A stretch of 48,938 nt of DNA from Nemertoderma westbladi (lineage: Eukaryota > Animalia > Xenacoelomorpha), in assembly GCA_032718475.1 (NCBI GenBank), contig JAUCBJ010002848.1, forward strand, positions 1-48,938, written 5' to 3'. The position numbers and the translations under genes are program-made. Numbering within the stretch: position 1 is the stretch's first letter; every line of letters starts with the position of its first letter. Positions 1 to 12,933 of this stretch are shown here, piece by piece. The notes below the pieces were generated by a model. It ran no database searches. It was not told the DNA's origin and saw only the letters and a list, made by a program, of their open reading frames with translations.

Positions 1-292
1 GAGAAATCCGTCATTTCAACAAAATTACTTTACAAAGGAGAAAAAACACGAGCTCACTAGCTCAATTAATTGGTAAAGCACCCTACTGGATTAAGTTACT
101 AGCGGTTTAAAAGACGAGCGAAACGAATTGATTCCAATGTTAAGTTTAATTTTATTAGGTTTCAGAGAGTGTACCATGATGTAAAAATTGTTTAACTCCC
201 TCTGTCCATCAAACCACTGTTAGATCGAATCTTTGTGCCTCAAACATGAGAATGAGAAGAGGCGCAGATGTGAGGAGCATGACATTGAGCAT

Positions 293-3200
293 GCAGGTAT
301 GGTACCGTTTGTAGCCGCTGTTATAGGAGGAGCAGGTATGGTACCGTTTGTAGTCGCTGTTATAGGAGGAGCAGGTATGGTACCGTTTGTAGCCGCTGTT
401 ATAGGAGGAACAGGTATGGTACCGTTTGTAGTCGCTGTTATAGGAGGAGCAGGTATGGTACCGTTTGTAGTCGCTGTTATAGGAGGAACAGGTATGGTAC
501 CGTTTGTAGTCGCTGTTATAGGAGGAGCAGGTATGGTACCGTTTGTAGTCGCTGTTATAGGAGGAACAGGTATGGTACCGTTTGTAGTCGCTGTTATAGG
601 AGGAGCAGGTATGGTACCGTTTGTAGTCGCTGTTATAGGAGGAACAGGTATGGTACCGTTTGTAGTCGCTGTTATAGGAGGAGCAGGTATGGTACCGTTT
701 GTAGTCGCTGTTATAGGAGGAGCAGGTATGGTACCGTTTGTAGTCGCTGTTATAGGAGGAGCAGGTATGGTACCGTTTGTAGTCGCTGTTATAGGAGGAG
801 CAGGTATGGTACCGTTTGTAGTCGCTGTTATAGGAGGAGCAGGTATGGTACCGTTTGTAGTCGCTGTTATAGGAGGAGCAGGTATGGTACCGTTTGTAGT
901 CGCTGTTAAAGGAGGCAGGTATGGTACCGTTTGTAGTCGCTGTTATAGGAGGAGCAGGTATGGTACCGTTTGTAGTCGCTGTTATAGGAACAGGTATGGT
1001 ACCGTTTGTAGTCGCTGTTATAGGAGGAGCAGGTATGGTACCGTTTGTAGTCGCTGTTATAGGAACAGGTATGGTACAGTTTGTAGTCGCTGTTATAGGA
1101 GGAACAGGTATGGTACCATTTGTAGTCGCTGTTATAGGAGGAGCAGGTATGGTACCGTTTGTAGTCGCCGTTATAGGAGGAGCAGGTATGGTACCGTTTG
1201 TAGTCGCTGTTATAGGATGAGCAGGTATGGTACCGTTTGTAGTCGCTGTTATAGGAGGAGCAGGTATGGTACCGTTTGTAGTCGCTGTTAAAGGAGGAGG
1301 TATGGTACCGTTTGTAGTCGCTGTTATAGGAGGAGCAGGTATGGTACCGTTTGTAGTCGCTGTTATAGGAACAGGTATGGTACCGTTTGTAGTCGCTGTT
1401 ATAGGAGGAGCAGGTATGGTACCGTTTGTAGTCGCTGTTATAGGAGCAGGTATGGTACCGTTTGTAGCCGCTGTTATAGGAGGAGCAGGTATGGTACCGT
1501 TTGTAGCCGCTGTTATAGGAGGAACAGGTATGGTACCGTTTGTAGTCGCTGTTAAAGGAGGATGTATGGTACCGTTTGTAGTCGCTGTTATAGGAGGAGC
1601 AGGTATGGTACCGTTTGTAGTCGCTGTTATAGGAGGAGCAGGTATGGTACCGTTTGTAGTCGCTGTTAAAGGAGGAGTTATGGTACAGTTTGTAGTCGCT
1701 GTTATAGGAGGAGCAGGGGTATGGTACCGTTTGTAGTCGCTGTTATAAGTGGAACAGGTATGGCACCGTTTGTAGTCGCTGTAATAGGAGGAACAGGTAT
1801 GGTACCGTTTGTAGTCGCTGTTATAGGAGGAACAGGTATGGTACCGTTTGTAGTCGCTGTTATAGGAGGAACAGGTATGGTACCGTTTGTAGTCGCTGTT
1901 ATAGAAACAGGTATGGTACCGTTTGTAGTCGCTGTTATAGGAGGAGCAGGTATGGTACCGTTTGTAGTCGCTGTAATAGGAGGAACAGGTATGGTACCGT
2001 TTGTAGTCGCTGTTATAGGAGGAGCAGGTATGGTACCGTTTGTAGTCGCTGTTATAGGAGCAGGTATGGTACCGTTTGTAGCCGCTGTTATAGGAGGAGC
2101 AGGTATGGTACCGTTTGTAGCCGCTGTTATAGGAGGAACAGGTATGGATGGTACCGTTTGTAGCCGCTGTTATAGGAGGAGCAGGTATGGTACCGTTTGT
2201 AGCCGCTGTTATAGGAGGAACAGGTATGGTACCGTTTGTAGTCGCTGTTATAGAAACAGGTATGGTACCGTTTGTAGTCGCTGTTATAGGAGGAACAGGT
2301 ATGGTACCGTTTGTAGTCGCTGTTATAGAAACAGGTATGGTACCGTTTGTAGTCGCTGTTATAGGAGGAGCAGGTATGGTACCGTTTGTAGTCGCTGTTA
2401 TAGGAGCAGGTATGGTACCGTTTGTAGTCGCTGTTATAAGTGGAACAGGTATGGCACCGTTTGTAGTCGCTATAATAGGAGGAACAGGTATGGTACCGTT
2501 TGTAGTCGCTGGTATAGGAGGAACAGGTATGGTACCGTTTGTAGCCGCTGTTATAGGAGGAACAGGTATGGTACCGTTTGTAGTCGCTGTTATAGGAGGA
2601 ACAGGTATGGTACCGTTTGTAGTCGCTGTTATAGGAGGAACAGGTATGGTACCGTTTTTAGTAGCTGTTATAGGAGGAACAGGTATGGTACCGTTTGTAG
2701 TCGCTGTTATAGGAGGAGCAGGTATGGTACCGTTTGTAGTCGCTGTTATAGGAGGAGCAGGTATGGTACCGTTTGTAGTCGCTGTTATAGGAGCAGGTAT
2801 GGTACCGTTTGTAGCCGCTGTTATAGGAGGAGCAGGTATGGTACCGTTTGTAGTCGCTGTTATAGGAGCAGGTATGGTACCGTTTGTAGCCGCTGTTATA
2901 GGAGGAGCAGGTATGGTACCGTTTGTAGCCGCTGTTATAGGAGGAACAGGTATGGTACCGTTTGTAGTCGCTGTTATAGAAACAGGTATGGTACCGTTTG
3001 TAGTCGCTGTTATAGGAGGAACAGGTATGGTACCGTTTGTAGTCGCTGTTATAGAAACAGGTATGGTACCGTTTGTAGTCGCTGTTATAGGAGGAGCAGG
3101 TATGGTACCGTTTGTAGTCGCTGTTATAGGAGCAGGTATGGTACCGTTTGTAGTCGCTGTTATAAGTGGAACAGGTATGGCACCGTTTGTAGTCGCTGTA

Positions 3201-5323
3201 ATAGGAGGAACAGGTATGGTACCGTTTGTAGTCGCTGTTATAGGAGGAGCAGGTATGGTACCGTTTGTAGTCGCTGTTATAGGAGGAGCGGAGCAGGTAT
3301 GGTACCGTTTGTAGCCGCTGTTATAGGAGGAACAGGTATGGTACCGTTTGTAGTCGCTGTTATAGGAGCAGGTATGGTACCGTTTGTAGTCGCTGTTATA
3401 GGAGGAAGCAGGTATGGTACCGTTTGTAGCCGCTGTTATAGGAGGAACAGGTATGGTACCGTTTGTAGCCGCTGTTATAGGAGGAGCAGGTATGGTACCG
3501 TTTGTAGTCGCTGTTATAGGAGGAACAGGTATGGTACCGTTTGTAGTCGCTGTTATAGAAACAGGTATGGTACCGTTTGTAGTCGCTGTTATAGGAGGAA
3601 CAGGTATGGTACCGTTTGTAGTCGCTGTTATAGGAGGAACAGGTATGGTACCGTTTGTAGTCGCTGTAATAGGAGGAACAGGTATGGTACCGTTTGTAGT
3701 CGCTGTTATAGAAACAGGTATGGTACCGTTTGTAGCCGCTGTTATAGGAGGAGCAGGTATGGTACCGTTTGTAGCCGCTGTTATAGGAGGAGCAGGTATG
3801 GTACCGTTTGTAGTCGCTGTTATAGAAACAGGTATGGTACCGTTTGTAGCCGCTGTTATAGGAGGAGCAGGTATGGTACCGTTTGTAGCCGCTGTTATAG
3901 GAGGAGCAGGTATGGTACCGTTTGTAGTCGCTGTTATAGGAGGAACAGGTATGGTACCGTTTGTAGTCGCTGTTATAGAAACAGGTATGGTACCGTTTGT
4001 AGTCGCTGTTATAGGAGGAACAGGTATGGTACCGTTTGTAGTCGCTGTTATAGGAGGAACAGGTATGGTACCGTTTGTAGTCGCTGTAATAGGAGGAACA
4101 GGTATGGTACCGTTTGTAGTCGCTGTAATAGGAGGAACAGGTATGGTACCGTTTGTAGTCGCTGTTATAGGAGGAACAGGTATGGTACCGTTTGTAGCCG
4201 CTGTTATAGGAGGAGCAGGTATGGTACCGTTTGTAGTCGCTGTTATAGGAGGAACAGGTATGGTACCGTTTGTAGTCGCTGTTATAGAAACAGGTATGGT
4301 ACCGTTTGTAGTCGCTGTTATAGGAGGAACAGGTATGGTACCGTTTGTAGTCGCTGTTATAGGAGGAACAGGTATGGTACCGTTTGTAGTCGCTGTAATA
4401 GGAGGAACAGGTATGGTACCGTTTGTAGTCGCTGTAATAGGAGGAACAGGTATGGTACCGTTTGTAGTCGCTGTTATAGGAGGAACAGGTATGGTACCGT
4501 TTGTAGTCGCTGTTATAGAAACAGGTATGGTACCGTTTGTAGTCGCTGTTATAGGAGGAACAGGTATGGTACCGTTTGTAGTCGCTGTTATAGAAACAGG
4601 TATGGTACCGTTTGTAGTCGCTGTTATAGGAGGAGCAGGTATGGTACCGTTTGTAGTCGCTGTTATAGGAGCAGGTATGGTACCGTTTGTAGTCGCTGTT
4701 ATAAGTGGAACAGGTATGTCACCGTTTGTAGTCGCTGTAATAGGAGGAACAGGTATGGTACCGTTTGTAGTCGCTGGTATAGGAGGAACAGGTATGGTAC
4801 CGTTTGTAGTCGCTGTTATAGGAGGAACAGGTATGGTACCGTTTGTAGTAGCTGTTATAGGAGGAACAGGTATGGTACCGTTTGTAGTCGCTGTTATAGG
4901 AGGATCAGGTATGGTACCGTTTGTAGTCGCTGTTATAGGAGGAGCAGGTATGGTACCGTTTGTAGTCGCTGTTATAGGAGCAGGTATGGTACCGTTTGTA
5001 GTCGCTGTTATAAGTGGAACAGGTATGGCACCGTTTGTAGTCGCTGTAATAGGAGGAACAGGTATGGTACCGTTTGTAGTCGCTGTTATAGGAGGAGCAG
5101 GTATGGTACCGTTTGTAGTCGCTGTTATAGGAGGAGCAGGTATGGTACCGTTTGTAGTCGCTGTTATAGGAGGAGCAGGTATGGTACCGTTTGTAGTCGC
5201 TGTTATAGGAACAGGTATGGTACCGTTTGTAGTCGCTGTTATAGGAGGAACAGGTATGGAACCGTTTGTAGTCGCTGTTATAGGAGGAACAGGTATGGTA
5301 CCGTTTGTAGCCGCTGTTATAGG
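293..5323. repeat. ~5 kb tandem array, 39-bp unit GCAGGTATGGTACCGTTTGTAGTCGCTGTTATAGGAGGA, with 36-bp variants
   Basis: Unit is directly visible throughout. Variants are mostly loss of one GGA, GCA/ACA and GTC/GCC swaps. Every unit except point variants has a KpnI site (GGTACC). Confidence 0.97.
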
Positions 5324-5370
5324 TCGCTGATATATACATACCTGTGATGATCAATAGGATTTGGTTTCTC

Positions 5371-6024
5371 CTCGCCACCAAGAGAAGTGCTCCCTTCTCC
5401 TTCATCGCCCAACAGAGGTGCTCCCTTCTCCTCCGCCGCCCAACAGAGGTGCTCCCTTCTCCTCCGCCGCCCAACAGAGGTGGCCGCCCAACAGAGGTGC
5501 TCCCTTCTCCTCCACCACCCACCAGAGGTGCTCCCTTCTCCTCCGCCGCCCAACAGAGGTGCTCCCTTCTCGTCCACCGCACAACAGAGGTGCTCCCTTC
5601 TCGTCCACCGCCCAACAGAGGTGCTCCCTTCTCCTCCACCGCCCAACAGAGGTGCTCCCTTCTCCTCCACCACCCACCAGAGGTGCTCCTTCCTCGTCCA
5701 CCGCCCAACAGAGGTGCTCCCTTCTCGTTCACCGCCCAACAGAGGTGATCCCTTCTCGTCCACCGCCCAACAGAGGTGCTCCCTTCTCGTCCGCCGCCCA
5801 ACAGAGGTGCTCACTTCTCCTCCACCACCCACCAGAGGTGCTCCCTTCTCCTCCGCCGCCCAACAGAGGTGCTCCCTTCTCGTCCACCGCACAACAGAGG
5901 TGCTCCCTTCTCGTCCACCGCCCAACAGAGGTGCTCCCTTCTCGACCACGGCCCAACAGAGGTTCTCCTTCCTGTCCACCTCCCAACAGCGGTGCTCCTT
6001 CCTCGTGCACCGCCCAACAGAGGT
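5371..6024. repeat. 31-bp GC-rich minisatellite, unit CAACAGAGGTGCTCCCTTCTCCTCCGCCGCC
   Basis: CAACAGAGG recurs at 5410 and 5441 (31-bp period) and continues to about 6024. Confidence 0.95.
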
Positions 6025-6850
6025 GTCGGCGAATGGAGTTAATGACTGGATCAAGACTGGACTTGCGGATGGGACAGATTTCTTTTAAATTCAAAAACGC
6101 GGTAAAAATTTGAGTTATTTTTCATTAATTAATACTTGGAAGATTACGTTTAATTGCTATAAATACTGTGTGTATGTAATAATTGACCAAGTTTTGACGC
6201 AAGAATACAATCGTGTTGTATACCTAACTACTAATACCAATCCTGTTGAACAGATAAAACTAAAATCCAGGCCTAAAAATAGATCAATTCATATTTATTC
6301 ACTTTAAAACGTAAGCTGGACATATACCACGTAATATAGAAGAGCTAACCTTTGAGCACAATTTTCGTAAATTATAGTAAATACTAACAGTTTATTTTTC
6401 ACAAATGTTATGGATTGGAGACAATTTTTGTATTATTTTGACTTTTTTCAGGCCTTTTTGCAGAAGCCTTTTTGTGGCAAATAGGTTGGAATATTATTGT
6501 CGAACAAAGTAAACCTTTAATATCATATCTGGAATGGTAAGTAGGAGAAATAAACCTCCATATGATATGTGGAAATGTCCCGACCGCAAAGCGGTGCAGA
6601 TTTGGTGAGAATCACCCTATATGTGTTCACATAATATCATGTTAAAGTTTGTGGATAAAAAAGATATTAATTGCAAATTCAACATCAACATACTAAATGA
6701 AAATTCGAACCAACACTATACAGAACGGATTCTTTCGGCCTCATCAGCAGCAGTGGTGTGATTACCTTCCAACTGCACCCACACTCACTGAATCCTACAA
6801 ATCAATCCTACATGGCATGAAGTATAACGTTGTACCAGTTCCTTATCTAC

Positions 6851-7061
6851 CTGTATTGCTTGAGGCAAAGCTTTGTATCCATAATGGCGTTTCGACAATT
6901 GATACAATAAGCGATCCACTTCGGCTTTATCGTTTATCTTCCGCACAATATCGTCGACAACGACAACAAACCGCTCTCCTAATGTAGCGAATAGTTTATT
7001 GTATTCCTGAGATCCATCCGATTGCGTTAAATGCTCCAAATCCGGTAGCAGTTGAAATATT
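6851..7061 (-). CDS. Globin exon 2 (helices B12 to G6) of an N-acylated globin X-like gene
   Basis: Acceptor tatttctAG|A ATA TTT CAA; 211 nt translating (G)IFQLLPDLEHLTQSDGSQEYNKLFATLGERFVVVVDDIVRKINDKAEVDRLLYQLSKRHYGYKALPQAIQ; donor CAG|GTAGAT. It has Phe B14, Pro C2 and an LxxLxxxHYxY F-helix motif. Boundaries fall exactly at the ancestral globin intron sites B12.2 and G7.0. Confidence 0.88.
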
Positions 7062-7410
7062 CTAGAAATATTAATCACTTTAATTATAAACAACAATGGC
7101 CTCAATTCCGCTAAATGTATAAAATTATGTTAGATTTCATTAATCAGCAGCTGAAGATCCATTCTGTGTTCAGAAAGAGGCCAACGTCAAGGTATTGTGA
7201 AATTATTAAAAAGATAATGACTGTATTGGCCTGACATGCGAGATGACGTTCATAATTGTGCTATGCATACTTTATTAATTATATTAATATACACCAATTT
7301 GCAATTACTCAATTAGGTACCGGTATATTATAAATAAAAATTAAACAAACAAAAAACAATTATATAATATTGATACGAATCGAGACAATCATTATCATTA
7401 ATATTATTAG

Positions 7411-7575
7411 TGAAGTTCCACCATGGTGTAGTGGTTGCTACAACTTTGTTCCAATTTGCCAATTTGTTCTAATTCATCAATTTGCTCTCATCTATTCAGG
7501 GGTTGTGGATCCATTACCACAATGTGAAGATGGCAGTTTTCGTTTGGGCAGGAAAGGGTTCGGGCTTTAAAGGGA
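7411..7575 (+). mobile_element. Diverged 5' part of a tRNA-derived SINE (same family as 29186-29474)
   Basis: GTTCCACCATGGTGTAGTGGTTGC (A-box) and GGCAGTTTTCGTTT...GCTTTAAAGGGA match the 29186 copy. Confidence 0.65.
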
Positions 7576-7584
7576 ATAGCCTAA

Positions 7585-8070
7585 AAAATGCCCTGTATGG
7601 CTGTATGGGTTTTCGAGGTCGGTGACTTCATGTTTGATGTCACTATTCACATTTGGCCTCGTCGTTTCTGTCTGTATGCCTGTCCGTCAAAATATAACCG
7701 ACAGCCTGACAGCCAAAAAGAAAATTAGGAAGTCATAAAATGTTAAAACTGACACTAGACTTGAATTATACGACCAGGAAAACCCCTAGAACTAAACTTT
7801 TAGCTAGATGGTGTGTCCTTTTCTCATATTTGAGGGATAGCTTGTCGGATAGTCAGATATACCGATAGACAAACATATAGACTAACTAGATTTCATTAAA
7901 AGTAAACAATGACCTCAGAAATGAAATCAGAGACCAGGGAAACCCCGATGGCAAAAATCTATGTGGTTTCTTGTTGCTAGATATAATTGACAGACATTCT
8001 TACACATTAACAGACACTTTTTGCGCGAGAAGGTTCAAACCTTAAAGGCAATTATCTCAGAATGACATTT
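7585..8070 (+). mobile_element. Interspersed non-autonomous repeat (Helentron/DINE-like), copy 1
   Basis: Colinear with 21225-21715 (CCCTGTATGG...GGTCGGTGACTTCAT...AGCTAGATGGTGTG...GCGCGxGAAGGTTCAAAC...AAAGGCAATTATCTC) and carries GTCT/AGAC micro-repeats. Related sequence lies at about 10320-10860. Superfamily is an inference. Confidence 0.6.
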
Positions 8071-9935
8071 TCTATTTTTATTAACACTACTCCTCCGCCA
8101 TGTTTCAACCAAATCTCATGATTTTAGGCTCATTCGAAAGGGTTTCGGCAGTTCTATAACATTTATCTTATAAAATTTCGAATTAAGTTATATTTCATGT
8201 AATAGCTTATTCATTCCCGGACCAGCAACGGCAATGTTCTTATAGGAGATCGGGTGTCGACTCCACGCCACGTCCCTGGAACCCCGCTCACAATGGTTTC
8301 TTCTCCAGCGAATACTTGTCGCTATTTTAATTGGCAACGCTGTCTCAATCCTTGGTACCGCCGCGAATGTGTCTGAGGGCCGTCTCTTTGAACTGCTTGA
8401 TAAGTAAACATTACATCACTATTCATATAAAGTATTTTCAATGTGGTCGATGGTAAAATACCATAATAAAAGCGGAAGATGGAAGATGAAAAAGCGGATA
8501 TAGAAGATGGTATACAGCTTTCTAGAAAACGTGTTTAAATAATAATTATAAAACAGATCCACCTCCGAAGAAGTTTTAAAAGGGAATTAAGGTAACGTTT
8601 TGCAAACGTGTTACGGAATAAGCAAGCAAGGACATCATTATGTCGTCATTAACTTACTATTATTGTAATAACGAAGATTTGGAACTAAATTTGTGCATCA
8701 AATTGTTTGTAGACCTACTAATATTAAATAAAACAATAGCTTATTTAAATCAAAATAATTAACATAAATTAATTTTTTTAAATTAGCTAATTAAAATTTC
8801 TAGAAGATACATTTTGTAGAGTCGATCGTGCTGAACCCAAAAAAGTTGATTTCAAGAAATTTGGACCAAGATTGAGGGACTAGTGGTGTTTTTAGTTAAA
8901 TTCTCAATTCCACCGCCAGCCACTAGGGAGATGCCAACAATTTTCACATTTACGTTTGGAAACATCATGGTGGCGAGGCGACCAGGGTTTATTTCAAAAT
9001 GTTCACTGTGAAAAGTTTCTAAACGGTTAGAACAAATTTAGAAAATCTAAATTTTGTTTAGGAAACCGAAATAATTTGCTCAATGGTGAATGAAAAGTAG
9101 GCACGCAATACTGTACTGTATGGCTTGTTTTCTACTTTATTCATACGGTACATTCTGTTATCATAAATATCATTGAAATATTAAACTAGTTACAGTAGGC
9201 CAACTACAGGTACTGTATTTAATACAGCTTTGGTAAACTAAAGCCATTATTGGGAAGGAATTCCCCCCCCCCCCCCCTCCCCCTCATTGGCTATTAAACT
9301 GATGGAGATGAATCAGATTTAGAGATTTGAGGATTCGATTTTATTGAATGAACAGACAAAAATTAAATATGGCTAATATCTGAATGTAAAATTCTGATTC
9401 ATAGGTGTTTCTATTTAAAACTCTGTAAAGTAATATTTTAATTTTAGTCTAATAAGGAATAGTATAATGAGCTCAAACTGGAAAAAGCCATATAGTTATA
9501 GTTCGAACGTTTCGATTTAATCAATACACCATCTTCAGCGAGATAAAGGCAGTAAAGTAAGTACATGGAAGTATAAACACAAATAATATAATTATAGTAT
9601 GAACTGCAAAAAATCAAATATAATACTACTAAAATTAATCAAATCAAATTTAAATGCAAGTACGGTATTGAAGTACAGTGGATACGTTTCAGTAATTACA
9701 CAATAGGGCCTACTAAAATTAATTGACAGTGCAACGAAGTGACGTTATACAGTAGTGCAACGTATAATAACAGGGCCTACCTACACAGGAGACAAAGTGA
9801 ATACAATATGTAAGGGCTAAAGGGGGGGGGGGGGGGGGTGTAACCTACAGTATTGGAATAGGTACAATGGGAATGGGGTTCTGGGGGTTCTGCATTCAGG
9901 GAGGGTTTTTTACGGGATATGTAGACTTTCCTTAA

Positions 9936-11002
9936 GGATGGGGGGGGGGGGGGGGGGGGGGGGATATACCAATTCTGGAAGGGTTTGAAACTTACTGAGA
10001 ACATTCATGAGGTATGTTGCAACAAAACTCTTTGACAGAATTTCAAATTTCACAAAAATTAAATTTTTAGGGCACTTTTCGTAATTCAAAATTTAGAAAA
10101 TTGACTTTTTTCATACATATGACTATATTTTTGGTTATAAAATGAGAACAAAGTCGAATTTAGAAATTCTATAAGAGTTATTTTCTTATTGAGTTTATGA
10201 ACAGAACAAAAAAAACAGAATCAAAATCCATTGAGAAATGGCGGAGGAGTAGCATTTTGAAAAATTTAGAAAATCCCAAAATCGAGAAATAATAAAGACC
10301 AGTAAAATGCATTTAAAGTTTTTAAACCTTCCCGCGCAAAATTGTCTATCTGACTCTGTAATAATTAAAATGGTAATTTATGACTACAGTATTAATAAAA
10401 ATTAAAGAGGCTAACAGCTGGAATTTTAGCTTGGGGTTTTTGAGGCGGTGATCTCATTTCAGATATTAGTCTTCATGCTGTGGAAAAATCTAATCTGTCT
10501 GTCATAATGTCCGTCAATGTGTTAGTTTGTCCATCATATTTTAGTAAAACACGCGACATTAAAAAAATGTTCGCTATTGGTGATTTTGAGGTCGGTGATT
10601 TCATTTTCGATGACAGTTTTAATTTTTGGTTAATTCTGGTCTGTCTGTCTGTCTGTCTGATAGACAGACCGTCAGACAGACATATTAAAATTGACTTGGG
10701 AGATTAAATTACCGAATTAAAATACAGTAAATAGGAATAAAAGAAAAGTGTTAGCTGAATGGGGTGCTTTCTTAGACTTTGACGGACAATCTGATATTGC
10801 TTTATCAAATTTTGATTAGACAGACATCGTCAGACATACCGACAGACAGATATAAAATCAGCCATAACTAGAGAAGTAGATTAGATCTCGCCAAGCCGTT
10901 TTCAGATTTGAAATCCTCATTAAATTCTGCTATAGATGAAATAAAAATAAAAAAATCCGAAATTTTGACCAAAATTAGTATACCCCCCCCCCCCCACCCC
11001 CC
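9936..11002. mobile_element. Kolobok-like non-autonomous DNA transposon
   Basis: TTAA on both sides (9932-9935 and 11003-11006). Termini GG..polyG-ATATACCAATTCTGG and CCAAAATTAGTATAC-polyC form imperfect inverted repeats. Confidence 0.55.
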
Positions 11003-11029
11003 TTAAGTAAGAGTTATAAGTAAGATAAA

Positions 11030-11510
11030 TCATCATATGATACCTTGTGATCACACTTGAATGCATGGTCACGTACAGCTGAGTGACAAGGGGAGGCAGA
11101 GGTGGCCCCCGTTCGTGGAGATTTACTAAGTGTTCAAAGACTCGCACCTTATAATGACGCTCGGATTTACCGATATAAGTAGCGTTGCAGCTACTGCACT
11201 TGAATTTATAAATGGCGAGAGACCTAAGACACATAGGCAGTCTATCTTTGTACGGGAATCTTCCCCCAAGCCTGTATGAGGGACGGAAAATAAGGATTTG
11301 TAACCGTTTCTGTAGTAGTGTTGAGTAAGTACCTAGATATGGTAAAAACCAAAAATATAGGCTTTTTGGCGACGTTTTTGGCAGTAGGACGTTTTACCGC
11401 TGTTAGCTTAAGTATGATTTTATCAGTAACCCAATGTAACATGCTAGTGGGGTAACCGTTCAGAGAGAGAAACTTATGTAAAATATAAATTTCAGAATTA
11501 AACTATTTCT
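11030..11510 (-). pseudogene. Penelope-like retroelement fragment (end of RT/thumb plus GIY-YIG endonuclease)
   Basis: IYKFKCSSCNATYIGKSERHYKVRVFEH is the GIY-YIG motif with CxxC typical of PLEs. Upstream FLSLNGYP and frameshifted IFLV-LPYLG-like motifs are present. Confidence 0.85.
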
Positions 11511-11734
11511 ATATTTTAATTTTAAATTTGTTATTTCAAATGTTTAGTTTTGATAATATACTTCTAAATAAGTTAAAAAATTTAGAAATCACTATTTTAA
11601 TTTATAAATTTCACGAACATATTTAGAAAAAAAACCCTCCTGGCGACAATATAAAATTGTTATATTAAACTATAACCCCCAATTAATGGCCATTTTAAAA
11701 AAAGTGGCTGGGGGGTTGCCCCCCCCCCCCCCCC

Positions 11735-11856
11735 AGTGGTAGCTAAATCAGTACTTGAGTTTCCGAAGGAGTAGATAGTATAGTTCTGAGGGGATCGCAC
11801 TGAAAATAAGCCAAATAAGCCGTAATCGCTGACCTAAAGGCCGAAGAAAATTTTAC
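11735..11856 (+). mobile_element. 3' part of the tRNA-derived SINE family
   Basis: AGTGGTAGCTAAAT..GTACT..GAGTTTCC...GCACTG.AAATAAG...GGCCGAAGAAAATTTTAC matches 29335-29455. Confidence 0.7.
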
Positions 11857-12933
11857 CAAATATTTCTTACAATTATTGAATTAAATGACAAATTAACAAT
11901 TTACAGAAAGACCTAGGCCTACTAATTTACTATCACATAATAGTAAATGTAAAATTAAAAACATTCACACTACTACATTCAGGATTATTGCATAAGTTCA
12001 TGGTTTGCATATATTAAGTATAATCCACGGGGTAGGTAGGTAGGTTGGTAGGTGGGTAATCAATGAGGTAGGGCATGATGTACAATGTGGTAATATACAG
12101 AGGAAGGATAAAAGGTACCTTGGAAAATGTAACAGGCGAGCTATAATTTTCTTATTTGTATCAGAAATACAATTTGGGGAATATTACTCCATGACTAGAA
12201 TGCTCCAAGAATAACCATACATTTGTGATTGGCTGTCTGGTATTGAAGGGCAACATGAATCAGCTATTTACTGAATGGCAGTGTTTATAGTAATTAATTT
12301 ATATTAAACAACAATTAGTAATTTAATTAATAATAAACGTAAAATTAATTAAAAAATAATATAAAAGTAGCGAAATGAAGTTCACAAAGATTTGCTTTAC
12401 ATATTTATTTGTATGCCTCCTGTTTGTTATAGTTTTGTATATCTTAATTGTTTACTGATTTTGTTTCTCGAGTCCCTGCCAATAGATTCCTTAACACATA
12501 ACATCTGCATTCATCCGCACCGTGGGCTTTATAATACTCACTCAGCAGTGAAATATAGCTTCATCGAATGGAAACCTGCTACACGACATAATTTCATTAC
12601 CGGTATGTATTACGGTTAAGGCCTAATTCCATTGGTTAAATATTCAATTCAATATAATAAAGCCTATTGCATTAAATGGTCGTTAAATTAAATTAAAGGT
12701 TAGGCTTATTATATGGGATACAAAAGGACATAAATCTATATTCGGGTAGGTCCTACAATGCAATGCATAGGCCTTATAGTATAGTAGCCAGTAGATGTGG
12801 TATATTCCCAATTAGAGTGGAATTGTATCCATCTTGGCTGACCATCACCATCCAGTAACCAGTCCGCAACACAATACCAGCTACAGAGTCACAGGTACAT
12901 GTAAAGAGATTTAATCTTAGTTGATTTACTAAC

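Noticed and set aside
233-5347. Long ORFs (352, 1208, 388, 638 aa) as protein-coding genes
   Set aside because: They are by-products of a stop-free 39-bp unit, overlap in different frames and have no unique domain. Kept only as a speculative finding.
293-6024. CRISPR array
   Set aside because: Units are contiguous with no unique spacers, there are no cas genes, and the context is eukaryotic. The same applies to the 22-, 21-, 86- and 55-bp arrays.
4905-6113. Pro-rich and Gly-rich ORFs in all frames
   Set aside because: Translations of the 31-bp minisatellite.
6785-7105. 106-aa ORF as a standalone gene
   Set aside because: Only 6851-7061 is exon; the flanks are intron read-through. Likewise 12774-12933 for the exon 1 ORF.
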